A stretch of DNA of 39,774 nt, taken from a virus (taxonomy: Duplodnaviria > Caudoviricetes). A program made the translations under genes and the position numbers. The stretch is from IMG/VR virus record IMGVR_UViG_3300017780_003276, positions 1-39,774 of that record. One strand, given 5' to 3'. Below, one piece after another: positions 1 through 9,673 of the stretch. The notes beneath the pieces were generated by a model that saw nothing but the letters and a program-made list of their open reading frames with translations, did no database searches and was not told where the DNA came from. Each line of letters starts with the position of its first letter. Positions within the stretch are counted from its first letter, which is position 1.

Positions 1-1713
1 TACGCTGCTGCGGATGCTGACTTAACACTTAGAATAGCTAACCACTTCCTACCAGTATTGAGAGAGGAAGGACTAGAGCAGTTCTTTTTTGAAGATGAAG
101 TAATGCCGGTTTACAGAGAAGTAACTATTCCAATGGAGCAGCACGGTATCAAACTTAATATAGCTCTACTAGAGGAAACTAGAGTTAAAATTGTAGAGGA
201 TTTAGAAAAGCATGCTGACTTAGTTGTCGAAGCCTTATTAAGTAGTCCTGAGATAAGAGGTTGGATTATCGAACAAGCAGCTGAGGCATATCCACCTAAA
301 AATAAAGGAACTTTCACACAGAGATTATTAGAGCAGAATAACGTTGAGCTACCAAGATCAGGTACGAGTGGAAAATTTACAATTAATAAAGCAGCTGTGA
401 ATGGATTACCAAATTCAACTATTAAGGATTACTTAATAACTGGAGATCTAGATTATTTAACAAAGGAGCAAATTATAAAGGTTAGTTTATCACTTTGGAA
501 AGAGGACAATGATGGAAAGTTTTTCAATATACAATCCAAGGATCAATTAGGTAAGATAGCATTTAATGTACTAGGTATTAAACCGTTATCATCAACTACA
601 AAAGGGAAAGCTCAGTTTGATGAAGATCTTATACAATCAATCAGCAAAGATTATGAGTGGGCTAACTATCTTCGTATCTATAATAAGCTAACTAAGATCA
701 AGTCATCATACATAGACCGCTTTCTAGATGCAGCAGACGATGGTATATTCTATCCATACTTTAAACAAAACGGAACTGTATCAGGAAGATACGGATCCGA
801 TATGCAGCAGCTACCAAAGCCTTTAGAACCGGGACAGGACGAACAAATCATTATGGACTATAATAATGTGATTAGAGCATTCTTTATTTGTCAAAAAGGA
901 ACAAAATTACTTGATACGGATTATGCTTCACTTGAACCAAGAGTCTTTGCAACAGTGACTGGTGATCAAGGCTTGAAGGATATTTTTAATAACGATCTCG
1001 ATTTCTACTCACACATTGCTATAAAGACTGAGAAGTTAGAGGGGGTTAGTGCACATACAAAAGCTCCTAATTTTCTTAAAAAAGTTAATCCAATTAAAAG
1101 ACAACAAGCTAAGTCGTACTCACTAGGCGTACCGTATGGTATGTCAGGATATGCTTTAGCAATGACACTTAACATACCAACAAAAGAAGGTGATAGGCTT
1201 GTTGAAGGCTATTTAGACGGATTTCCCGATCTCCGGAAGTGGAGAGAGGAATCTCGTAAGTTTGTAAAAGAGAATGGATATATAAAGAACAAAGTAGGTC
1301 GTATAAGACATTTACCAGTAGCAAAGGAAGTATTTTCGGTAATGGGGGATAAATTGATGGATTGGAGACATAAAAAAAATATGGAAAGGGATTACGGAGT
1401 TGAGGTAGTAGCTAATTTATATCGAGATTATAAAAATGCTCTCAACAACTGCCTTAACTACCAGATACAGTCTTATAGTGCATCCATTGTTAATAGGGCA
1501 GCTCTTCAAATCAATCGTAGATTCAAAAAAGAAGGTATAGAAGGACAGGTTATTGCTCAAATACACGATCAACTCGTTTGTCAGGTAAAGGAACAATATG
1601 TTGAACAGGCTTGTTTAGTAATGCAAGATTGTATGGAAAACACAACAAAACTCGATGGAGTAGAATTAATAGCTATCCCAGTGATAGCAAAAAACTTCAA
1701 AGATGGCCATTAA
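1..1713 (+). CDS. polA: Family A DNA polymerase, 5'-truncated by window edge (3'-5' exonuclease III motif plus polymerase domain)
   Basis: Frame open from base 1 (YAAADADL = ExoIII YxxxD); motif A DTDYASLEPRV, motif B RQQAKSYSLGVPYG, motif C QIHDQL; TVSGRYGS; NYQIQSYSA. Confidence 0.96.
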   Translation, partial: YAAADADLTLRIANHFLPVLREEGLEQFFFEDEVMPVYREVTIPMEQHGIKLNIALLEETRVKIVEDLEKHADLVVEALLSSPEIRGWIIEQAAEAYPPKNKGTFTQRLLEQNNVELPRSGTSGKFTINKAAVNGLPNSTIKDYLITGDLDYLTKEQIIKVSLSLWKEDNDGKFFNIQSKDQLGKIAFNVLGIKPLSSTTKGKAQFDEDLIQSISKDYEWANYLRIYNKLTKIKSSYIDRFLDAADDGIFYPYFKQNGTVSGRYGSDMQQLPKPLEPGQDEQIIMDYNNVIRAFFICQKGTKLLDTDYASLEPRVFATVTGDQGLKDIFNNDLDFYSHIAIKTEKLEGVSAHTKAPNFLKKVNPIKRQQAKSYSLGVPYGMSGYALAMTLNIPTKEGDRLVEGYLDGFPDLRKWREESRKFVKENGYIKNKVGRIRHLPVAKEVFSVMGDKLMDWRHKKNMERDYGVEVVANLYRDYKNALNNCLNYQIQSYSASIVNRAALQINRRFKKEGIEGQVIAQIHDQLVCQVKEQYVEQACLVMQDCMENTTKLDGVELIAIPVIAKNFKDGH

Positions 1714-1736
1714 ACTCTATTTTCAAGCATGCTAAA

Positions 1737-1745
1737 CTATTTATA
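1737..1745 (+). promoter_or_regulatory. Putative phage (late-type) promoter motif CTATTTAT(A/T), copy 1
   Basis: Same motif is intergenic shortly upstream of starts at 1737, 6735, 14444, 30744 (ATATTTATA), 32884, 34147, 35581. Confidence 0.6.
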
Positions 1746-1776
1746 AGCTGAAAGATATCCTCAGCTAAATAAATAG
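1737..1776 (+). promoter_or_regulatory. Hairpin covering the translation initiation region of the fibre gene
   Basis: CTATTTAT(1737-1744)/ATAAATAG(1769-1776) and AGCTGA(1746-1751)/TCAGCT(1761-1766); ATG at 1779. Confidence 0.6.
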
Positions 1777-1778
1777 AA

Positions 1779-4700
1779 ATGTCATTAATTTATCGTACTT
1801 CCAGTATTGCCAACGCAGGCATAGACTATATAAAAGGTTTACCTTTATTATATACCGAACTGGACGGTAACTTTGCAGCCATATCGTCATCGTTTGCAGC
1901 AAGACCCATTTACTTACCAGGTCCTGGTATAGAAATACATGGTGACTATATATCTGCATCAGTAAGATCTGTAAATGGTATATTTCCAAATAATGGTAAT
2001 ATCCAACTAGGATTTACACAAACAATAACAGGTACACTAGCAGCAATACCACCTATAGCAGCCGATGGTACAGTTTATATAGTATCAGGTGACCCTAATC
2101 CAGCAAATAATGGTGATTCATATATATACGTATTAAGTCTACCAGGTTGGGTACAATTAGCTGTATTAGACCAAGCAGCAGCAGATGCTAGATATTTAAT
2201 GTTGGCTGGTGTGAATTCACCAATGCAGGGCTCTATAAACATGGGTGGTTATAATATCACAAATGGTGGAACCTTTTTTGGAACAGCAACTACAGCTTCA
2301 TATATAACAACAGCTCAAACAGCTTCATTTGTAACAGCCTCAAGTGTTTACGGACCGTACGGAGCTAATTCAGTACTAACAGCATCCTTTGCATTAACAG
2401 CTTCTAATACACTAAGTGCATCATTTAGTACTTATGCAGCCACAGCATCGTATGTAGCAAACGGACCAGATGTTAGTAGAATACTAAGTGGATCTACAGT
2501 AGTACAGTCATATGCATCTGGTCAAGTAGTAATAAGCGGTAGTAGCCCACTAACAACAAGATTAATAATAAGTGGTGGATTAATAATAGGACCTAACCAA
2601 GTAATAGGAAATTCAGGCTTTGCAATGGGATACGGCTCAATAGCTGTTGCAAATTACTCAACAGCAAACGGAGCATATAACTTAGCAAATGGAGTATACT
2701 CACACGCAGAAGGTCAACAAACAACAGCGTCTGCAATTGGATCACACACAGAGGGATTTGGTAGCATAGCAGGTGGATCGTATGCACACGCAGAAGGATA
2801 TTACACAACTGCATCAGGACAATATTCCCACGCAGAAGGTCGGCAGACAGCTACTATAGGAGACTATTCACACACAGAAGGATATCAAACAACAGCAAGT
2901 GGATCTTATTCACATGCTGAAGGTTTTAATACAATAGCAAGTGGATCTTATTCACATGCAGAAGGTCATCAAACAACAGCAACCGGATACTACGCACACG
3001 CAGAAGGAGATAGTACAACAGCATCAGGTACCGGATCACATGCTGAAGGCGAAGCAACAATTGCAAGTGGACCTTATTCACATGCAGAAGGTCATCAAAC
3101 AACAGCAACCGGATACTACGCACACGCAGAAGGAGGTAGTACAACAGCAACCGCAGACTATTCCCACGCAGAAGGTGCTAGTACAATAGCAACCGGAGAC
3201 TATTCCCACGCAGAAGGAGATAGTACAACAGCAACCGGATATGGATCCCACGCAGAAGGAGATAGTACAACAGCTTCAGGTTACGGATCACACACTGAAG
3301 GATATATTACAGTAGCAAGTGGATTTTATGCACATGCAGAAGGTTATAATACAACAGCAAGTAGAAACTATTCTCACGCAGAAGGTTTTGATACAACAGC
3401 CCAAGGAACTGGATCTCACGCAGAAGGATATGGTACAATTGCGTCAGGATCTTATCAACATGTACAAGGTAGATATAATAGACATAACAACGCATCATCA
3501 CTAGTAATAATTGGTAATGGTGCTAACAGCGGGAGTAGAAGTGATCTAGTATTATTTAATTCAACAGGTGTTATTATAAGCGGATCACTAACAGTAACAA
3601 GCTCTGTTAATCTAACTAACTTAACAACAGCGGCTCAAAGCAATATAGTAACAATCAACACTGCAACCGGACAGCTATTTTATACAGCGTCTAGTGCAAT
3701 AAGTGGTGGTAGTGGAAGTGGTCCAATATCAGTAACAAACTCAACGCTGTATTCCAACAACCCAGCAACATCAAACTTTAATACAACAGAGTCAATATTC
3801 TTTGGCACAAATGCTGGTAATGGTGCAACACAAGCAGCACGATCAATATATTTAGGTACGCAAGCAGGTCAAAATGCAGTAAGTGCAAGTGATACAGTAT
3901 TCATAGGAAGGTATGCCGGTCTAACAGCAGTAAATGCAAGTGCATCAGTAATGATCGGTACTAATGCAGGTCTATATGCAACCAACGCAGGTGGGTCAGT
4001 ATTAATAGGTAAGGACGCAGGTTACCAAACAGCTAACGCACCACTCTCAGTAATGCTAGGCTACGAGGTTGGTGTAGGAGCTACTAATGCCACTAGCACA
4101 ACTATGATAGGTTGGCAAGCGGGATATGTTGCAACAAATGCAAGCCATTCTAATTTTATTGGTACAAATGCGGGTGGTTATGCAGCTACAGCATCCTATT
4201 CAAATTTCATAGGCTACCAGGCAGGATATGCAGGAGGTGGACTTACTGGAGTTGGAACTAATAATACTATCGTAGGTACAAATATAACATTACCTGGTGG
4301 AGTACGAAACTCAATTAACCTAGGAGCTATACTATTTGCAACGGGTACATATTCAACCACAGCTGGAAATCCATACTCCGGTTCAATGTTCGGATCTGGT
4401 AGGGTTGGTATTAATATTGTAAATCCACAATACACACTAGATGTATCAGGATCAACAAATATAAGTGGAAATACTACTATAACCGGTTCTCTTAATGTAA
4501 TAGCAGGCATAACAGGTTCATTATTTGGAACAGCATCATTTGTTCTAACATCATCACTAACCGGCGATTTCTTTGTACAAGGAGGTAATTCATTTAGTGC
4601 ACAAGCTGTACTTGGTACTAACGATGTTCAAAATCTTGCTTTTGAAACTAGTGGTTCAACTAGAATGTTTATTAGTTCTAGTGGTAATGTTGGTATAGGA

Positions 4701-6206
4701 ACAACATCACCCTCATTTAAACTAGACGTTAGTGGTAGCGATGCTCTAATAAATGGAATTACAGTCGGTAGAGGAGCAGGAAGTATTACAGCAAATACTG
4801 CTATTGGTTCTCAATCTTTAGCAAGCAACACCACAGGCACCAGCAATACTGCTACCGGACTTCAAGCATTATTTGCTAACACCACAGGCGACAGCAATAC
4901 TGCTACTGGCTACACAGCATTACGCCAAAATACCACAGGCGTCTTTAATACTTCTAATGGTTATGGTGCATTATACGCCAACACCACCGGCAGTTACAAT
5001 ACAGCTATTGGCTATCGAGCATTAACATCTAACACCATAGGCAACAGCAATACTGCTACTGGAATGTATGCATTACAAGACAACACCACCGGCAGTTACA
5101 ATACTGCTAACGGCTTTCGAGCATTAAACAACAACACCACAGGCAACAGCAATACTGCTAATGGCTATGAATCATTATACTCCAACATCACAGGAATAGA
5201 AAATACTGCTAACGGCCATTCAGCATTATACTTCAACACCACAGGCAATTACAATACTGCTAATGGCATTTCAGCATTATACTCCAATACAACAGGTACT
5301 GAAAATATTGCTATTGGCAGAGCAACATTATACTTCAACACCACTGGTCAAAAAAATACTGGCAATGGTGTTCAAGCATTATATTCCAATACCACCGGAG
5401 CCAACAATACTGCTACAGGATATTTAGCACTTGGCTCCAGCACCATAGCCAACAACAATACTGCTACTGGCTATCAAGCATTATACTTAAATACCTCAGG
5501 TTCAAACAATACTGCTACTGGACTTCAAGCATTACGCTCAAATACCACAGGCAGCTACAATACTGCTGATGGTTATAATTCCCTTTATTCCAACACTACA
5601 GGGCAATACAATACAGCTATTGGACATCAAGCAGGATATGGCACAGGAACAAATAGCAATACAACAGGTGACAACAACATATTCATAGGTAAGGAAAGTG
5701 TAGGCGTTAGTGCAACAGGATCTAATAGAACATGGATAGGTAGCAGTTCAACCACTTCAACATGGTTAGCAGGTAATCTATTATTAGGTACTACAACTGA
5801 TGAGGGATATAGACTAAATGTTAGTGGATCAACAAATATAAGTGGAGATACTACTATAACCGGTTCTCTTTTAATCGGTAGCTATTTAGCACCGGCTCTA
5901 AATACAACGGCAACTGCAACAGTCAACACAGGAAGCGGTACAGTAATTTATCAAATAGCTACATCATCATACGATGGAGCTTGGTTTGAATATGTAGCTA
6001 AATCAGGATCAGTAGCAAAGGTTGGACAAATCATGGCATCGTGGAGTGGTAGTAGTATAACGATGCTTGAAACAATACCACCAGCAATTAGTCCCGCAGG
6101 CAATGCTTTTACAATGAGTATGATATTAACAGGAAGTAACGCAGCCCTTACAGGGTCAGCAACTACAAATGGGTGGGCAGTTAAAACAATAATAAGAGGT
6201 ATATAA
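1779..6206 (+). CDS. Large repeat-rich virion fibre/adhesin-like protein (YadA-head-like beta-roll repeats)
   Basis: 1475 aa, Gly/Ser/Thr/Asn-rich; 14-aa SHAEGxxTxAxGxY array, GxxAG array, NTAxGxxALxxNTTG array, GNVGIGTTSP motif; follows CTATTTAT motif. Confidence 0.8.
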   Translation: MSLIYRTSSIANAGIDYIKGLPLLYTELDGNFAAISSSFAARPIYLPGPGIEIHGDYISASVRSVNGIFPNNGNIQLGFTQTITGTLAAIPPIAADGTVYIVSGDPNPANNGDSYIYVLSLPGWVQLAVLDQAAADARYLMLAGVNSPMQGSINMGGYNITNGGTFFGTATTASYITTAQTASFVTASSVYGPYGANSVLTASFALTASNTLSASFSTYAATASYVANGPDVSRILSGSTVVQSYASGQVVISGSSPLTTRLIISGGLIIGPNQVIGNSGFAMGYGSIAVANYSTANGAYNLANGVYSHAEGQQTTASAIGSHTEGFGSIAGGSYAHAEGYYTTASGQYSHAEGRQTATIGDYSHTEGYQTTASGSYSHAEGFNTIASGSYSHAEGHQTTATGYYAHAEGDSTTASGTGSHAEGEATIASGPYSHAEGHQTTATGYYAHAEGGSTTATADYSHAEGASTIATGDYSHAEGDSTTATGYGSHAEGDSTTASGYGSHTEGYITVASGFYAHAEGYNTTASRNYSHAEGFDTTAQGTGSHAEGYGTIASGSYQHVQGRYNRHNNASSLVIIGNGANSGSRSDLVLFNSTGVIISGSLTVTSSVNLTNLTTAAQSNIVTINTATGQLFYTASSAISGGSGSGPISVTNSTLYSNNPATSNFNTTESIFFGTNAGNGATQAARSIYLGTQAGQNAVSASDTVFIGRYAGLTAVNASASVMIGTNAGLYATNAGGSVLIGKDAGYQTANAPLSVMLGYEVGVGATNATSTTMIGWQAGYVATNASHSNFIGTNAGGYAATASYSNFIGYQAGYAGGGLTGVGTNNTIVGTNITLPGGVRNSINLGAILFATGTYSTTAGNPYSGSMFGSGRVGINIVNPQYTLDVSGSTNISGNTTITGSLNVIAGITGSLFGTASFVLTSSLTGDFFVQGGNSFSAQAVLGTNDVQNLAFETSGSTRMFISSSGNVGIGTTSPSFKLDVSGSDALINGITVGRGAGSITANTAIGSQSLASNTTGTSNTATGLQALFANTTGDSNTATGYTALRQNTTGVFNTSNGYGALYANTTGSYNTAIGYRALTSNTIGNSNTATGMYALQDNTTGSYNTANGFRALNNNTTGNSNTANGYESLYSNITGIENTANGHSALYFNTTGNYNTANGISALYSNTTGTENIAIGRATLYFNTTGQKNTGNGVQALYSNTTGANNTATGYLALGSSTIANNNTATGYQALYLNTSGSNNTATGLQALRSNTTGSYNTADGYNSLYSNTTGQYNTAIGHQAGYGTGTNSNTTGDNNIFIGKESVGVSATGSNRTWIGSSSTTSTWLAGNLLLGTTTDEGYRLNVSGSTNISGDTTITGSLLIGSYLAPALNTTATATVNTGSGTVIYQIATSSYDGAWFEYVAKSGSVAKVGQIMASWSGSSITMLETIPPAISPAGNAFTMSMILTGSNAALTGSATTNGWAVKTIIRGI
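2937..3149 (+). repeat. 87-bp direct repeat, 126-bp period, in the SHAEG array (2937-3023, 3063-3149)
   Basis: Copies differ at 2 positions on manual alignment. Confidence 0.9.
4449..5870 (+). repeat. 45-bp direct repeats (4449-4493, 5826-5870) bracketing an in-frame 1377-bp module
   Basis: ggatcaacaaatataagtgga(a/g)atactactataaccggttctctt, one mismatch; offset 1377 = 459 codons. Confidence 0.9.
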
Positions 6207-6242
6207 TATGACTATACTATAAAAGCCCTTATCGAAAATAAA

Positions 6243-6662
6243 ATGGCATATTCAGAAAAAGTAATCGATCACTACCAAAATCCAAAAAATGTTGGTACGT
6301 TAGACAAGTCAAGCAAAAGAGTAGGTACAGGCCTTGTAGGAGCACCAGAGTGTGGCGACGTTATGCGTTTACAAATAGAGGTTGATGATGCAACAGGTAT
6401 GATTACCGATGCAAAGTTTAAAACTTTTGGTTGTGGAAGTGCAATAGCATCATCAAGCTTAGCAACAGAGTGGCTTAAAGGTAAAAGTATTGATGAGGCA
6501 CTTACGGTAGATAATATGGATTTTGTAGAAGAGTTAAATCTTCCTCCTGTAAAAATACATTGCAGCGTATTAGCAGAAGATGCTATTAAAGCAGCTATTA
6601 ACGATTACCGTGTAAAAAATGGTAAAGAGGCTATTAAATTTGAGGATAGTTTGGTTCATTAA
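6243..6662 (+). CDS. iscU: Fe-S cluster scaffold protein IscU
   Basis: YSEKVIDHYQNPKNVG, GAPECGDVMRLQI, KFKTFGCGSAIASSS, LPPVKIHCSVLAEDAI. Confidence 0.96.
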   Translation: MAYSEKVIDHYQNPKNVGTLDKSSKRVGTGLVGAPECGDVMRLQIEVDDATGMITDAKFKTFGCGSAIASSSLATEWLKGKSIDEALTVDNMDFVEELNLPPVKIHCSVLAEDAIKAAINDYRVKNGKEAIKFEDSLVH

Positions 6663-6734
6663 TAATCCCTCTGCCCCTAATTAAAAAATTACTTCAATTT
6701 ATAAAAAATTTTTATTGTTTTTGTATATACCTGA

Positions 6735-6743
6735 CTATTTATT
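6735..6743 (+). promoter_or_regulatory. CTATTTATT promoter motif upstream of hsp20-groES-groEL
   Basis: Recurrent motif; extended identity with 14428-14453. Confidence 0.6.
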
Positions 6744-6749
6744 AATACA

Positions 6750-7262
6750 AACAGAGATACGGTAGGTCTCAAGTTATATTAATCATTAACCGCTCACTTT
6801 AGGGGAGCAACAAAAACACAGGAGGTTTATTATGACATTTATTAAAGAATGGGAACTCGATCCCTTTGATCTTCTTTGGAAGAATTTTTTCGACTCAAAA
6901 CCACATTTCACAACACTTATTGACAAAGTTAACTATCCAGTAGACATCTACGAGACGGAAGATGGTATTTACTTTGAACTAGCCGTTGTAGGCTTAGACA
7001 AGGACGATATTAATATTCTAACGGAGAGTGACACGTTACGCATCACATACCACAAAGATCCAGACACCCGTCTATATATCTACAAAGGTATCGCACGCAG
7101 AGCTTTTGACCTGGCTTGGAAGATTGCAAATAAATATGATCTATCAAAGTTAAAAGCTAGCTTAGATAAAGGACTGCTTAAACTAGAAATCCCATATGCG
7201 GATACAAAGCAGCCTAAAAAAATAACAATTAAATAATCAAAAGAGGCCTACCGTAATCTGTT
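6750..7262 (+). repeat. Inverted repeat pair flanking hsp20 (6750-6770 / 7243-7262)
   Basis: AACAGA-GA-TACGGTAGGTCTC pairs with GAGGCCTACCGTA-A-TCTGTT: 13 bp (one U.G) plus 6 bp. Confidence 0.85.
6832..7236 (+). CDS. hsp20: Small heat shock protein (Hsp20/alpha-crystallin)
   Basis: YPVDIYE, AVVGLDKDDI, YKGIARRAF, ASLDKGLLKLEIP, C-terminal IxI (ITI); SD AGGAGGT at 6820-6826. Confidence 0.93.
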   Translation: MTFIKEWELDPFDLLWKNFFDSKPHFTTLIDKVNYPVDIYETEDGIYFELAVVGLDKDDINILTESDTLRITYHKDPDTRLYIYKGIARRAFDLAWKIANKYDLSKLKASLDKGLLKLEIPYADTKQPKKITIK

Positions 7263-7445
7263 ATGTTTAGATATCAATTTTTAAATTTCAATAATAATTT
7301 GTATATTATTAAGAAGCTTATAAAAGAGGATCACGGACCTATCATAGAAGTATGGAAGGAACAGCTCAGAGCAGATACAGTACTTAAAAAGGATGGTATA
7401 TTATACTTCCTTGAATTAGTACCAGAAGCAGTAATTACAAATTAA
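7263..7445 (+). CDS. Hypothetical protein (60 aa) between hsp20 and groES
   Basis: ATG ORF filling the gap in operon orientation. Confidence 0.7.
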   Translation: MFRYQFLNFNNNLYIIKKLIKEDHGPIIEVWKEQLRADTVLKKDGILYFLELVPEAVITN

Positions 7446-7461
7446 AAACAAAATAAAGACT

Positions 7462-7755
7462 ATGGTAAAATTAAAACCCGAAAACGGCTACATTGTATTG
7501 AAGCCAATTGAAGAACGAGAAGAAACCTACGGTAACATTGTTATCCCGGATCTAGGAAAAGAAAGACCTGAGTTAGGTGAAGTAGTTGCAACAAGCGATA
7601 CTTTTAATTGGCACACAGGAGAAATCGTAAGAACTAAACTTACCCCTGGCGCTAAAGTATTAATTCCAAAACTAGGAGCCTCAAGGATTTCAATTAAAGG
7701 AGATGAATTTTTTATTGTAAAAGAACAAGACATTTACGCACAATTAGAAGACTAA
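7462..7755 (+). CDS. groES: Co-chaperonin GroES
   Basis: LKPENGYIVL, mobile-loop TYGNIVIPD, GEVVA, GAKVLIPK, FFIVKEQDI; upstream of groEL. Confidence 0.92.
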   Translation: MVKLKPENGYIVLKPIEEREETYGNIVIPDLGKERPELGEVVATSDTFNWHTGEIVRTKLTPGAKVLIPKLGASRISIKGDEFFIVKEQDIYAQLED

Positions 7756-7770
7756 AAACAAACAGTTATT

Positions 7771-7818
7771 ATGAGTACAACAACAGTATTTGGAATAGAG
7801 CTAAAAAACAATTATTAA
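7771..7818 (+). pseudogene. Relic of a second groEL 5' end (15 codons)
   Basis: MSTTTVFGIELKNNY* resembles GroEL start [16 protein letters not shown]; DNA ggaatagagctaaaaaacaa vs ggaactgagttaaaaaataa. Confidence 0.55.
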
Positions 7819-7837
7819 TAATTAAAAAGAATTACAA

Positions 7838-9502
7838 ATGAGTCACACAGAGTTTTTACAAGGAACTGAGTTAAAAAATAAATTACTAGTAGGTATTAAA
7901 AAGTTAAATCAAGCAGTATCGTCAACGCTGGGTCCTGGAGGTAGAACTGTTTTAATACAGGGGCCTGGTGGAGAGGTTAAGGTAACAAAAGATGGTGTAA
8001 GCTGCGCAAAAGCATTTGGGAAGCTAGAAGACCAAGTAGAAGACTTAGGTGCGCAGTTAGTGAAACAAGTATCAATCAAATCCGCTAATGAAGCGGGTGA
8101 TGGTACAACAACGTCAACATTGCTAGCAGCTACAATGGTGGAAGAGGGATTGAAACTAATTAATCAAGGATCTAACCCAGTAGAAGTTAAAAAGAGTATT
8201 GATAGTTATACCAAACTTGTTATAGAGCAATTAAAAGGGCTCGCTAAGGATGTAGCAACTCAGGAGCAGATTAAAGATGTAGCCACAATATCAGCTAATG
8301 GCGATGTTGAAGTAGGAGAGCTTATCTCAACAGCAATTGAAAAAGTTGGTAGAGAAGGTATTGTGACATTAGAAGAATCTAAAACAGGAGAAACTACATT
8401 AGAGGTAGTAGAAGGTATGCAGTTCGATCGCGGTTACAAATCACCGTATTTTGTTACTAACAATAGTACAATGCAGTCTGTATTAGAGGATTGTTATATT
8501 CTAATCTACGATGGTCGTATTTCAACAGCAGCAGATTTACTTAACGTATTAACAAAGGCTAACTCTGAAAATAAAGCATTGCTAATCATAGCAGATGATA
8601 TTGGTGACGAAGCACTTGCAACCTTAATCGTTAATAAGATGAGAGGTATTGTTAAAGTATGTGCAGTTAAGGCACCAGACTACGGAGACCGTAAAACATT
8701 ATTACTTGAAGATATGGCAATCTTAACAGGTGGTCAAGTTATATCAAGAGATAAAGGTTACAAATTAGATAAACTGACACCAGCTCAACTAACAGGTTTC
8801 TTAGGCACAGCTAGAACAGCAACAGTATCAAAAGACGAAACAACAATTATTGATGGTAGTGGAAAGGAAGAAGCTATTGTACAGAGAGCTGGTGAGATTA
8901 AAGATCAGATTGAAAAAGCAACATCTTTCTTTGAGAAAGAAAAGTTACAAGAACGCTTAGGTAAATTAGTAGGTGGAGTAGCAATCATTAGTGTTGGAGG
9001 TAATTCTGATATTGAGATTAGAGAGAGAAAGGATAGAGTCGAAGATGCATTATTTGCAACAAAGGCAGCCTTAATTGAAGGAGTTGTGCCTGGAGGCGGT
9101 ATTGCATTAATTGAAGCTTTAAACGGCTTATCAACTAACCCAAAAGAAATGTCAGCCGATCAGACAAGAGGGTATGAAATTGTTAAGAAAGCATGCTTTG
9201 CACCTTTTAAAGTAATCTTACGTAATTGTGGCATAGATGACTACTATACAATCCTAAGGAATTTATCTGATAAACAAACTGGTGATGGTAAAGTATTATA
9301 TGCATACAATGCAAAGACAGGTGAAATTGTTGATGCAGCAGCTACTGGATTATTAGATCCAGCAAAAGTAACACGCACAGCATTAGAGAACGCAGCGTCA
9401 GTAGCTGGTACTATTCTAACAACAGAGAGTGTTATCTTTGAAAAGAAAGCAGAGAAAGATAATAACAATGCAGGTATGGATATGATGGGTGGAATGATGT
9501 AA
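7838..9502 (+). CDS. groEL: Chaperonin GroEL
   Basis: [56 protein letters not shown]-type tail. Confidence 0.98.
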   Translation: MSHTEFLQGTELKNKLLVGIKKLNQAVSSTLGPGGRTVLIQGPGGEVKVTKDGVSCAKAFGKLEDQVEDLGAQLVKQVSIKSANEAGDGTTTSTLLAATMVEEGLKLINQGSNPVEVKKSIDSYTKLVIEQLKGLAKDVATQEQIKDVATISANGDVEVGELISTAIEKVGREGIVTLEESKTGETTLEVVEGMQFDRGYKSPYFVTNNSTMQSVLEDCYILIYDGRISTAADLLNVLTKANSENKALLIIADDIGDEALATLIVNKMRGIVKVCAVKAPDYGDRKTLLLEDMAILTGGQVISRDKGYKLDKLTPAQLTGFLGTARTATVSKDETTIIDGSGKEEAIVQRAGEIKDQIEKATSFFEKEKLQERLGKLVGGVAIISVGGNSDIEIRERKDRVEDALFATKAALIEGVVPGGGIALIEALNGLSTNPKEMSADQTRGYEIVKKACFAPFKVILRNCGIDDYYTILRNLSDKQTGDGKVLYAYNAKTGEIVDAAATGLLDPAKVTRTALENAASVAGTILTTESVIFEKKAEKDNNNAGMDMMGGMM

Positions 9503-9505
9503 GAG

Positions 9506-9536
9506 TTGGATAATTGAAAAAAGGTTCGTATGTTTA
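9506..9536 (+). promoter_or_regulatory. Bacteroidota-type -33/-7 promoter (TTG-N20-TATGTTTA)
   Basis: Matches TTTG-N19-21-TAnnTTTG with final G->A; same spacing at five sites. Confidence 0.7.
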
Positions 9537-9540
9537 GTAT

Positions 9541-9672
9541 ATGACAGAGATATTACACGCAATTGGACTATGCCCTGATAGTATGGCACATACAAGCCTT
9601 TTTAAGATTATCTTTATGAGCTCTCACGAGTTACAGTATGCATATCACTATATAAAACATTTAATAAAGTAG
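9541..9672 (+). CDS. Small hypothetical protein (43 aa, MTEILHAIGLCPDS...), not in ORF track
   Basis: ATG 4 nt after promoter; TAG 2 nt before next start. Confidence 0.6.
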   Translation: MTEILHAIGLCPDSMAHTSLFKIIFMSSHELQYAYHYIKHLIK

Positions 9673-9673
9673 A

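Noticed and set aside
2690-5640. 42-bp periodic repeats as a CRISPR array or DGR template/variable repeats
   Set aside because: They are in-frame protein repeats with no unique spacers, and there is no reverse transcriptase in the window.
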